Shown here: in pieces, positions 48,088 through 59,645 of the stretch
How the letters are laid out: each line of letters begins with the position of its first letter
Position numbering within the stretch: position 1 is the first letter of the stretch
DNA from: Eledone cirrhosa
Lineage: Eukaryota
Direction: 5' to 3'
NCBI GenBank assembly: GCA_964016885.1
Contig: OZ024743.1
Coordinates: 319,052,001-319,116,000, forward strand
Length of the DNA stretch: 64,000 nt
The notes under the pieces: generated by a model
The model's database searches: none
The model's input: the letters and a program-made list of their open reading frames with translations, nothing else
Told to the model about the DNA's origin: nothing
Program-made: the position numbers and the translations under genes

Positions 48088-49107
48088 AAAACACCCACTA
48101 AGCATTTATCCGGATGATAGGCAAAGTTTCACTGAGAAAGAAACATGCTCTACCCACCACCAAAGGCTGGCTTGATTAGAATTGATAAGTAGATTAGCAG
48201 CGATAATGAAATGTTTTATGTCACGAATAAATTATATTTTAGCTAGTGCCAAAATATTTCATATAGCGATCATCAAATATCTAACTAAAAATATTTATGC
48301 AGTGAAGGAAATAGATTAGCTTAAAATCAGTACCGATGTATGAAATAATTACTACGGTAGATAGTGATACTCCAGAATAACCACGATCCAGTAAATAAAA
48401 CCTGCAAAAGAACGAACATATTTTACGAAACGAAGGAGTTTGTATATGAGGGCTTGGCTTGCTAGAAATAGCAGCCAAATTCCATCAAATACACTCCGCT
48501 GACTTAAAAATATGAAACACATTGAACAATTTAGTCCCTGATACACAAAAAGATGGGTTATTTTAATGACTTTAGCTGTTAATAAAGAAAATTCAGAATC
48601 CGGCTATATCTATGTATCATATGTCCTCCTAAGTGAAACAGAAATTTAACTGTATTTGCGAAAGTAACTAAGTAGATGTATAATATACGTACGAAAAGTA
48701 TGTACATTTAATGTTTTTATATATGCTAATCTTCACAACTACTATTTTGTCTGGGATAGTGAAGTTTAGATCGAAACATCTTCCGAATTGTCTCCCTTAC
48801 TAGCCGCAATTATTAAAATAATATTGAGATAATGTTTTTTCCCCGTTTCCAGGGCCAGCGCCTGGATATTTAGTGCTTTGGCTAGCCATAAATGTGCGAC
48901 CATTTCTCCTAAATAAAATAATTTAAACTTACTGTTTGGCAAGGTGACAAATCTAATGTTTGACACTTCTTGCTGTGACAGTACTAAGAAAATACTAGAC
49001 CTACATGTTACACTACGCAGTTCACATTCACCTACGTTAAATCACGTGATGGCACCTGGCAGAGATGTTTAGTGATTTCTTTATTGATCGCGCGAAATTA
49101 TAATATA

Positions 49108-49592
49108 CTATCAGAAAAACCACCCTAGGGTGGTTTTCTGCTAGCATGTGTAGTGTGTATATTGATATTATACGCAAGTATATATGCATATAGATATGAT
49201 ACAACAAATAAAATCGTAATTGATGATATACACAGATATTGAAGAGAGACTACGTTACACTGTCTTCTGTAATCAGTAAAGTAATCCATGATACATTTAA
49301 AAAAAGACGATATTATATATAAACTGCATTAGGAGAAAATTAGCGATATTTTTATAAGTGTTATAATATAACGGCCGCTAACCGGAAGTGTTGACATTTG
49401 AAAATTTTAAAGAAGTGAATCTTTAAATAAGCTATAAAATATATCTAATCAACAGCCACGAAATGTAGAACATAAATTATGCAATATTCATTCATTATTT
49501 ATTCAAAGTAATCCAACTTATTTTACAAACGGGGTAAAAAAAATATATTCTGGACGCAGTCCCGCACGCTTTTCTTTATTATAGTTAAGATT
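49108..49592 (-). mobile_element. Helitron-like element (also at ~45441-45790, +)
   Basis: 5' tcttaactataataaag; terminal palindrome cagaaaaaccaccctagggtggttttctg; internal match to 45440-45700. Confidence 0.5.
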
Positions 49593-50015
49593 TAATTCAA
49601 TTATACAAATTTGTATAAAACTTTGATACTTTAGGATTCTGTACTGAATCTCCTTGGGGCTCTTCTCCCAAGGTGGTTGTCTACTTGGCCTTAATGGTTA
49701 CGTCAGCTCTGCGGTTTTCCCCATGGATGGTTGTCTAGTTGGCCTTAATTGGAGCACCAGCCATCAGGTCTTTCCCATAGGTGGCTTTTTAGTTGGCCTA
49801 CATGGTAGCACCAGAACAACACCATAAGACCCTCTCCCAGTTGGCCTTAATGGTAGAACCAGCTTTGAGGTCTTCCTCCTAGGTGGGTGTCAAATTGCTC
49901 TTATTGGTAGCATCGGTCAACGGTAGCACTGACGTAACATCATACGACCCTCATCACCGCTTTATATATATTCACAACGCTACAAAAATGTTTAGCAAAT
50001 TATTGATCGCAATAA

Positions 50016-50442
50016 TCTATACTATAATAAAAGCCGTGTCAGTCAGTCCGTCCGTCACGCTCTCTATATAGAGGGAGGGGAATGCTACTCTACTTCTCAC
50101 TCACTCCCTCTCCCTCTCTAACTAACTAACTATCTAACTAAAACATTACGCCTGAACAAACAAAAATACGGAGTTTTTTGTGTTTCTGTATGTCCTTCAA
50201 CATATTGACAACACAACACAGACTTACAAAAATGACTTTCACTATAATGACAGGGTGTTGTTGTTTTATTTGTTATTGATAGAGAAATAGAGAGAGAGAG
50301 GTATATGAAAGATAAATAAATAGGTAGAGAGTGTTGTCACCTGAAAAGGCGAGGAATTTTAAGTGCAAGTCAGTCAACGAGTGTGGAAAAAAGTGTATGT
50401 GTGTGTTTCGGTATGTCCCAAGGAAAACCGAGCTAAAACTAG
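50016..50442 (+). mobile_element. Non-autonomous Helitron
   Basis: A|TCTATACTATAATAAAAG ... CTAG|T; both flanks match the uninterrupted paralogue at ~41420-41490. Confidence 0.7.
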
Positions 50443-51046
50443 TATTGTATAAAACTGTGATCCTTTAAATGTTAGTAATGGGTCTCTTTGAGGCATGACC
50501 CCAAAGTGGCTGCCTGGTTAGCCTTAATGGTAGCACCGTCCCTTGTCTAACCTCTTCCCTCTTAACCCTGAAATGTGTTTATCAGTTGGCTGTCACCAAT
50601 AAGTGGGTGTATACTCAATAATCCCTGATAACCCTGTAAATAACTGAACACTGACGAGATGTTATTCATCTAATCTACTATCTGACAGAGCATAAAGTTT
50701 CCGAGCCACTCAATACGCCATGTTCTTTTTTTTTTTTGTTTATCTAATAACAGATAGAATAGTGACGATACTTCCTCTCTATATGGCGATATTTCTTAGG
50801 AATGGCTCTAGCAATATATATATACACGCACACACACACACATGTATATATGAAACAATCCTTCCATGTGAGCTTATCGGAACTTCTAAATTTCCTTCGC
50901 TAGCTTGATTGATATTTGAACGAATGCTGTATTTGTACGTCCTCCACCTCACTCACCCTTCTCTGTGATATATATATATATATATATATATAAATCGGCT
51001 TTTAAATCAGCTTGAATTTTTTACTTTTTCCCTAAATCTATTAATA

Positions 51047-51222
51047 TAATTGTTTCTACTTTAGGCACAAGGCCAGCAATTACCCAGTGCATTACTGGTA
51101 CTTTATTTTATCGACCCCGTAAGGATGAAAGGCCAAAGTCAACCTCGGCGGGATTTGAACTCAGATCGTAAAGGGACGTAACTATGCGTCCGACCCTCTA
51201 CCGATACTGCCAATCCACCGCC
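51047..51222 (-). mobile_element. Octopus-type SINE with ~21 bp TSD
   Basis: ccctaaatctattaatataat on both sides. Confidence 0.85.
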
Positions 51223-51346
51223 CTAAATCTATTAATATAATATATAAACATATTGAGCGAATTCTGAGAGACGTGGAAATTATATACTATCATATATAAT
51301 TCTCTACATACATTTGAGCTTTGTATATTTATAGTTTTACCTTTGC

Positions 51347-51399
<53 letters not shown>

Positions 51400-52538
51400 G
51401 CATAAAAATACATACATATATATTTATACTTATGTACGTATATGTATATATATATGTATGTGTGTGTGCGCGCGCTTGTGTACGGATATATATATTGGGG
51501 AAAATAATAAAGATTTGAAGATGCACGTAATGCTTTTATATAAATACACTTTTACAGTACACGACGAAGAGAGATTAGTTCATACAACTTAATTTACATT
51601 TTTCAAAAATATGGCTAGGTTTTCAAAAAATGTGCACGCGCATATGCATACATGCATGTGTATGCATGTCTGGGTGGATGTATTTGTATGAACATGTCTG
51701 TGTAAGTGTATGCATATGTATGTGTAGATCTTCCATTTTTTCATATGTATATATGTGTAGCGTCTTAAGTATATATGCTTTCCTGAGTACAGCGTGTGCG
51801 TGTGTAGATATGTGTATATTTATCAAAAATACCTTTGAAATAACTTTTTTGAAAGGCTCTTTCAAGCATTCTTTTAAAAACGTTCTTTTTATAGGGTTCT
51901 TTTTTGAAATGTGTGTCTTTTAAGGTATTTTGAGGGTGTATTTTTCTGAAACGTTCTTTTAAATGTTTTTCCATAAAAAAAAAATATTTCTAAGTATTCG
52001 CTGCACATTCAATATTTACTGTGATTGTCGCATATAATACAGTTGCGGGTGTGTATGTGATCGTTGTGGGTGTATCAGTGCACATATGTATCACGCCTGC
52101 GCGAAACATGGACATGGGTGCGGGCGCCTACAGGTTGAGAAGGCTGCGACAGGGCGCGAGCGGTTCAATCATACAACCCCTTACCTCCTACAGTAGTAAT
52201 TCCGATTTAAGAAACAACTTTGATTGACAGGTGGCAAATGAAAGGAACTAAATATAGGACGGCAATAAGTGGCCAAAAATACCGATGACGTGTACAATTC
52301 TTGAGCACTCATCGAAAGACAACAACGGGATCTAAGCTGCCGAGTGAAGGCCGCGCGTGTAACTGGACATTTGGAAATTCTGCTTCGTAGAATCGAGACG
52401 TATCTGATGACCTTGCAATTTCAGCATCAGGTTCGATCATTGCATCGATCGTGTCTCGAGCTGGTCGCCAGAGAAACGATTGTAATAAACGAGTCTAATA
52501 AATTTTATTCGTCGCAACACTGATTCTCCGTTTCTTAT

Positions 52539-52630
<92 letters not shown>

Positions 52631-52681
52631 TAAATAAAATAACAGGAGGCTGGACTGGTGTAAATCCTTGAAAGGTTTATT

Positions 52682-52745
52682 ATACTATGATCATTTCAAT
52701 GACCGGATTCCATATGAATATGAATCCGGTGATATCATCAGGTAT
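52682..52745 (-). ncRNA. Type I hammerhead ribozyme
   Basis: atac-CTGATGA-tatc.accggattc.atattcatatg.gaatccggt.catt-GAA-ATGATCAT-A-gtat; palindromic stem III, AUA triplet; element ends in (TA)n ~55 nt downstream. Confidence 0.8.
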
Positions 52746-53756
52746 TCGAAATATAACAAAGGGATATGTAAAAAACCATGGGTCCGAAAAATCAGAGACA
52801 GAGAGGACGACTGACCAACTAGCTGCTTTCACCTCGGCCAGTCGCCCTCAAAGTGATGGCAACTCAGTCTAGTAATGACCATCTGGTGAGGGGGCGAAGG
52901 TTTATAATGCACTACCACCACTCCGTCAAAGAATAAAAAAGGGGAAGAAAGAAAGAAAAAAGGAAGAAAGAAGAAAAAAAGAAAGAAAGAAGTCAGCGTA
53001 AGGGTCACACTACAGTCATGCTAGAAAACGCCGCGAAAAATGTTATTCCAAAGAATCTATATTTTAACAAAGGCATATATAATGGGTGTCTGTATGGTCT
53101 AATGTGTGAACAGAAAATTGGAACGTTAAACTTATGTTACGAGTTATAGGATGAAATTAAATTAAAAAAATAATAAATTGAAAAATGATAAATTGAAAAA
53201 TAAATTAAAAAAATTAAAAAATTATTAGAAAATTAAAAGTTAAGGTAGCGAGATTTATTTAATGAACTTACAGAGAGAGTCTTATATGAAAAAGTTAAAT
53301 CTCGATAAGATATCAGGGTGGGATATAGAGTAAAGATTAAAGCCTTCGATTGTGAATCCCAGCCAGCACCTCCTAACCACGTGTCAGCCAGTTTCGAGTG
53401 GTATCGTCCAGCGAAAGAAATGGAAATTAATTTTTCCGAGTACTCTAGGAACGTAGCTACCTTAGGCCCCGGGTGTGCTAGTGGAAAGTCTACAATTTCG
53501 ACAGGCCATCGTCTATACCAAACCAATACTATTAATTCACACATGAGGGGTTTATTTGCGTGCCAGTAGAGGCATGATACAGCTAACAGTTATGTCTAAG
53601 CCTGGAGTTTATAGGTATAAGTATAATATGGCGGTCAAAACAGGCGGCGCGGTGGGCCCGGGGCAAAGCAAGCCGCTCCGAGTAATTTCGTTTACCGAAA
53701 GATGGGAAATTTATTTTTCCAAGCACTCAAGGAAGGCTGAATTTTCCGAGCGCCCA

Positions 53757-53795
<39 letters not shown>

Positions 53796-54002
53796 GGCGA
53801 CTTACGTAGTAAATCGTATCATCGTGAGCTCCGCAAAGGTTTGTTATTTCCGTTTGTTAAAAATTGCCATTTATGGAAAATTTTTATTGTTAACCATATA
53901 TAAGCGCACATACATTGTTTTCCGAAAAGGACACCCAAAAAGATTGGGCCTTGTGCCCAAAATTTAAACTTTTATGATTATCAAAAAATTTCTTTGAAAA
54001 AA

Positions 54003-55977
54003 ATGGCTAATTCACCTCTGCACCAAGCAGCTGAAAGCCTTTCTCACAAATTAACACCTCACACCGACACCACCATTGTAAATGTTACTACGTTTGCCAA
54101 CACTACAAAAAATATAAGCAGTAGCAATATTTTATATTTGTCTAAGGCAGACATTCATTGCCCGCCATTACCAATGACTTCAGGTGTTAAAGCCTCCACC
54201 ACCACCACCACCACCACCACCGCGACAACAGAAACAAAAGAAGAAAAAAATAAATTAACTCCTGATGTCGAAATGAAATCAAGCAAAATGGACTCTTCCA
54301 CACCAAAGACGACTGACGTCACCACCACCACAACTGAAACTAAAATTAATATTAAAACAAATAACGATAGCAACAACAACAACAATGACATTATAAAAAC
54401 ATCCCTCAGTTTTGCCAGAGTAGCAAAACAGTTCGAAGCATTTACGGTAACTCAGGAGGATTTAGAAAATGCCAAACAAATGGTAAAGAAAGATGGGTAC
54501 AGGGTCAGCCTCACCCCCCACCTAATAAAATGGAGCATCGGCGCCTATGCACCGTGTCGTATCGAACAATAAATGTAAAATCGCGCCGAGTGGAACGGGC
54601 ATCCGAGTCCCAAATCCAAAAAGCTTTGGGACATGTGTGGGCAAGAAAAACCCACATCAGACGTGGGCAGAAGTATGGAACCGTGGACGTGTTCTTTGAA
54701 ACACCAGAGGAGGCTAGAGAACACTCCATGGCCCCATTAAGAAGTGACGACTTCACACTCGTCCCAAGCTATTGTGGCCAGAGACTCGTAAAGATCAGGG
54801 TGACCCACGTTCCACCGGCCATCGAAATTCCCTGGCTAATAGCGGCCGTCCTCGCCGGCATCGAAGCCAACACAAAAATAATAGCAATAGCAAAAGAAAA
54901 GCAGGAGAACTGGTCCGGATCTGGGATGGAGCTCCTGATCCAAGCGGACCAAAAAAGCATTGAGGAGATCCCAGAGGTAATAGACCTCACTGACGGCAGC
55001 CACCTCACGGTAATTGTCGAGGGCAGAAGACCTAGGTGTGTCGTTTGTAGTGAAGGAACCCACCTAAGGGCTTTCTGCCCTCAGGCTAAAAGGTTGAGGC
55101 CACCTCTCCTACCCACCCCAGTGACACAACCATCAACACCACCAGTAGCAGAGATGGCAGCAACAACTGTAGCAGCAACAACAGAAGCAACTATAACAGC
55201 AACAACCCCAGCAACAGTAGCAAAACCAACACCACCACCACCACCAGAAAAACCAACACCACCACCAACCAACACTTCAGAACTAGCACCAGCGCCTACA
55301 CCATCCACCACGCCACAAGCAAAACTAACGCCTGTGGAGGATTTTCCACTCCCCGGCCTATCACAACTGGAGACAGATTGTGACGACGAGGAGTGGGAAA
55401 CGATATCCGGGGAAAAAAAAAAAACCAAAAAAGAAAAAATTCTCTTCCTTCCCCCTCCAAAAACAAAATACAGAGGGAAACAAATAAATTAAGAAACAAA
55501 AAAGTTAGGACAGATATGCCACCATTCACACCAGCATCACCAACCCCATCAACCCAAACACCAACACCATCACCATCATTAACCCCAACACCACCATCAC
55601 CTACACCACAAAAGTCACCAAAATGCGAAACAGAAACAAACCCACAACAAACGCAAACAAAACAAAACAACCAAAACGATACACACTACACAGCATTAAA
55701 TTTGAACAACAAGCAATTATTACACTACATCCAACACTATACCAGCATCACAGAAAAAGACTACACAACAACCCCAAAATTCACACCACCTCCACACATA
55801 CAAATCACTCGCATCACACAGAAAACGTACATGACACTAAAAAAAAAATTCCCCAAAGACATCGGAGACTTCCGACAAGCACTCTCCAGGAGGATTTATA
55901 AGGACATCCTTCCTGAGGAGGCCACAAGCAGTGAAAAGGATGGAAAAACCGTCCTTCCCCTACGAGAAGTAAGGTAA
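54003..55977 (+). pseudogene. LINE ORF1 (gag-like, CCHC zinc knuckle, Pro/Thr-rich), frameshifted
   Basis: CVVCSEGTHLRAFC knuckle; pieces 53994-54572, 54530-55492 and 55393-55977; one break at the A-run ~55413-55424. Confidence 0.75.
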
Positions 55978-56011
55978 GTGGTCTTTCCCATCTTTTCCAC
56001 TCCTTTTCAAC

Positions 56012-59000
56012 ATGACCTCACTCAGAATAGGCAGCATAAATGCGCGTGGCTTGGGGTCGTCATGGAAGCAGGGCCACCTGCTCAACGACCTCAGGTCACT
56101 AAACATAGATGTAGTGTCCATCAGCGAGACCAGAATCTCCGAAGCACAGGCTTTCGCACCGATCTTCGGCGGCTACGATGTGTACGCATCTCCCAGCCGT
56201 CCGGGATCGGGGGGAGGAGTTGCTGTGCTTTTTCGGAGAGGTTTGGATCTTGCCATACGGGTCATCTTCCTGGACCCAGAAGGTAAGTTGGTGGTGCTGG
56301 ACGTGACCAGCGGAGACGGGCAAGCTTTCAGGTTCGTGGCCGTCTATGCCCCAACAGGAGCAGGGCGGCCTGATTTCTTCCGGCGTCTGGAGACCTTTCT
56401 TGGAACGTCCCGCTCTTTAGTGTTAGTGGGCGACTGGAACGGGATCTTAGATGCACGCTGGGATTGTGTGGGATTAGTGGATAGGGAAGGAGGGTGCAAG
56501 AGTCTCACCAGCCTGCTCAGACGTTTTGAACTGTCTGACAGGTACCGAATGGATTTCCCGAATGTACCAATGTGGACATGGACAAATCGCATAGGGTCAT
56601 CCAGATCATATCTAGATAGAGTATTTTGTAGGGAAATAGATAGGTCTAGCATAGGCTGTCCACAATTCAAGATAGTCAGCTACACGGACCACAAATTCGT
56701 GATCTGTGTGCTTGACTTAGATAGGCTTTATAGACGAGGACCCGGCTACTGGAAGCTAAACGCGTCCTTACCAGCGCGCAAGGCCTACAGAGACCGGATT
56801 AGCGAACTAGTTAAGCGGGCGTTGACGGGGGCCATCGTCAACAACAAGTGGTGGTTTGCTCTGAAAAGAGCAATTAGAATAGAGTCCATTAGGTTTAGTA
56901 AGACTTTAGCAATAGAGAAAAATAGAGCAGAGGGAGAATTAGTTAGAAAATTAGATGAGGCGCTTAGCAAAGGCATCGCGATCGACGTACTTGCGGCGAA
57001 ATTGGCCCTTGACCAATTCTTCAATGCAAAGCACGAAGGCTGCGTTGTCAGAGCTAGGGTGCGTGCTCTCAGACACGGGGGGACGAAAGCCGTTCAATGG
57101 GCCCGACTTGCGGAGGCGCGTCGTGGCAACAAAGCCACGATCCGGTCTTTGGTGGACCACGACGGGCGCATGCTACTCGATCCCGGGCAAATGTGTGAAG
57201 CTTTTCAGCGACACTTCGCTCAACTGTTCGGGGGCAGTGGCGGGCCGGATCGAGGGATGGACTTTAGTGTCTACCTCGACGGACTGCCGCGGCTTTCGGC
57301 CACTAAGGCGGAGTGTTGCGAAAAGCCGATAACAACCGCTGAAGTACGGGATGCAATGACTAGTTGAACAAGGTGTAAATCGCCTGGTTTGGATGGTCTA
57401 CCCTATGAACTTTACGTACAAATGCCAGACTTGTTCGGAGGCCTCTTGGCGGACGTCTACTGCAACTGGCAACAGAACGGGAGAATTCCCAGCTCTGTGA
57501 GCCGAGGAGCGGTGGCGCTGCTGAGAAAGGATCCGAACAAGGGGGATAACATAGATAATTTCAGGCCCATAACTCTGCTAAACACAGAGTTCAAGATTTT
57601 GGCCAAGGTGCTAGCAAAGAGGTTGGCGCTTGTCGTTGGTGGTCTGGTGGGAGAGGCACAGACATGCGCCAATCCCGACAGATCCATCCACGACAACCTT
57701 CACCTCATGCGATACATCGTAGAGAGGGTAGCTAGGGAACCTGGCACGGGTGGGTCTTTGATCAATTTAGATCAGTCGAAAGCCTTCGATAGGGTCGACC
57801 ATCGTTACCTAGCGGCAGTCCTGAGGGCGGCTGGCTTTGGGCCCGTCTTCAGAGGCTGGATCGCTGCCATTCACAGCGACATCTGCTCTGTAGTGAGAGT
57901 GAACGGTCACCTTTCGGAACCGTTCAACATCATGCGCTCGGTCCGCCAAGGATGTCCCCTCTCGTCCCTCTTGTACGTATTGACTCTCGAGCCATTACTG
58001 CACAAACTGGAGACGTTGAGGGGGGTCCCGCGCGAACTAGGATGCGGAAGATCCGTGTCAGCATATGCCGACGATGTCACCGTAGTGGTGTCGAACGCCA
58101 AACACATCGAGGCGAGCGGCACTACACTAAGAGAATACGAAGCGGTGACAGGAGCAATGATCAACCATGAAAAGTCAGTGGGCCTGCAGCTCGGCACCTG
58201 GAGAGGCAGGTCCATGCCGTCCGACAGCGTCGTCGGGCGCTGGACGGACGGACCGGTTAAATTGCTAGGGGTCTGGTTCGGTCCAGACCTCCAGACGGAC
58301 AAAAACTGGGACGAGGTGACGATCAGGGTGGTTTCTCTCACCCAGAAATGGGCGGAGAGGAAGCTATCCCTGAAAGGTCGAGCGGAAGTGGCGAATGCGT
58401 ACATCGCATCCGTCATCTACTACCGCCTGACCGTCGTACCTTATCCTAAGCCCCGCCTGACTGCGCTGGAGAGTTTGCTCTTTCGCTTTTTGTGGAAGGG
58501 ACGCGCTCCGATGGTCAGGCGGTCCATATGCTGTCAACACCCGCTACGTGGAGGGCTGGGCATGCCGTGACTGATGATGTGCAGACACGCGCTCAGGCTA
58601 CAACATCTCCACCTCTTCCTCGACGGTGATCAGGTGTGGTCGCCGTTTGCTAGACACGTTTTTCCCCAGCTCGTCTCCTTGACGGAGCTGCAGTCCTGGG
58701 TGGAGCGAAGACCGAGAGGGAGCGCTTGGAGACTGGAATGTCTTCAGGCGCTCACAGCCCTCGACCAATCGGGCAATGTGATCGGTGGAAACTCCACCTT
58801 GGCGTTCTATAGGGGATTAGTGGAGGGGAAGAGCGACGACGTACTTGGAGAAACTCTAGGCGTCGACGAAAATCAACTAGCCAATCTCTTCGGAAAAACT
58901 TTCGGGCTGGGGCCTATGGACAACTTCCAGAAATCCCTGGCCTGGCAGTGCTACCGGGGAGCTTTGCCAGTTCGGGATAAACTCTACAGGCATAGAGGTG

Positions 59001-59431
59001 CCGTCAGCGGGGCATGTCCGAGATGCGCGCAGGGCGACGAAACCGTCCTGCACGCACTCGTCCAGTGTCCGAGCATGGCTGACTTCTGGGTTTATGTCGA
59101 ACACCTGCTGTCACGTGTAGGACGGATCCAGCTATCAGCTGAGTCCATCGTGAGGATTGCACTGCCCCCTTCCTTTAGCCGGGAAGGGCAGGCAGTTTTT
59201 ATCTGTCTGGTGGCCATGGCGAAAGAGATAGTATGGTGGACACGTTTGAAAGGGCTGAAGACGAGCACTTACCTCTTCGGTGATGCCCTGATTAACTTTT
59301 TCAAATTTCATTTGAAAAGGAAAATCAGGGTAGAGAGGGAAATGCTCTATTCCCAGCATTTTGTTGAAAGATGGGTGAGAGAAGCAAGTATGGCCCGAAT
59401 GAATGGGCCTTCTCTGAGTATGTGTCTGTAA
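56012..59431 (+). pseudogene. LINE ORF2 (APE, RT, C-terminal CCHC) in one frame with two internal TGA stops
   Basis: SINARGL, GDWN, TDH, WKLN, KSPGLDG, FRPITLLN, LDQSKAFDRVDH, VRQGCPLS, YADD, CPRC..H..C; TGA at 57365-57367 and 58568-58570. Confidence 0.92.
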
Positions 59432-59645
59432 ATTAAGGGTGGAAAACTGGGAGAGGGCACTTGCCCTGGTGATCAGGGTCACTGTGGTCTTTTAATGGGC
59501 TTTCTCCACAAATGTCCCTCGGAAGTCTCCCCCCTATTGGGGAATTTTTCTTTGTTATTTTATTTCATCCTCTGTTTTTACACGCAGAAATGCCCATTTG
59601 TACCGTCCTGTATTGTCCTGTACTGTCCTTAATGTCTACTTTATG

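Larger units (their letters stand above)
48850..50545. mobile_element. Old TIR element (CAGGGCC-type ends) with ~50 bp subterminal repeats and nested Helitron-like inserts
   Basis: cagggccagcgc ... gcaccgtcccttg; repeats 'ggtggttgtctagttggccttaatggtagcaccag' at 49665-49925; internal matches to 40860-41560. Confidence 0.5.

Noticed and set aside
47863-49925. CRISPR-like arrays (75 bp and ~50 bp periodic repeats)
   Set aside because: Whole units are homologous with no unique spacers, no cas genes, and the context is eukaryotic.
57365-58570. Selenocysteine or readthrough recoding of two in-frame TGA codons in LINE ORF2
   Set aside because: Copy 2 has TGC and TGG at these sites, so single-base nonsense mutations suffice; no SECIS recognised.
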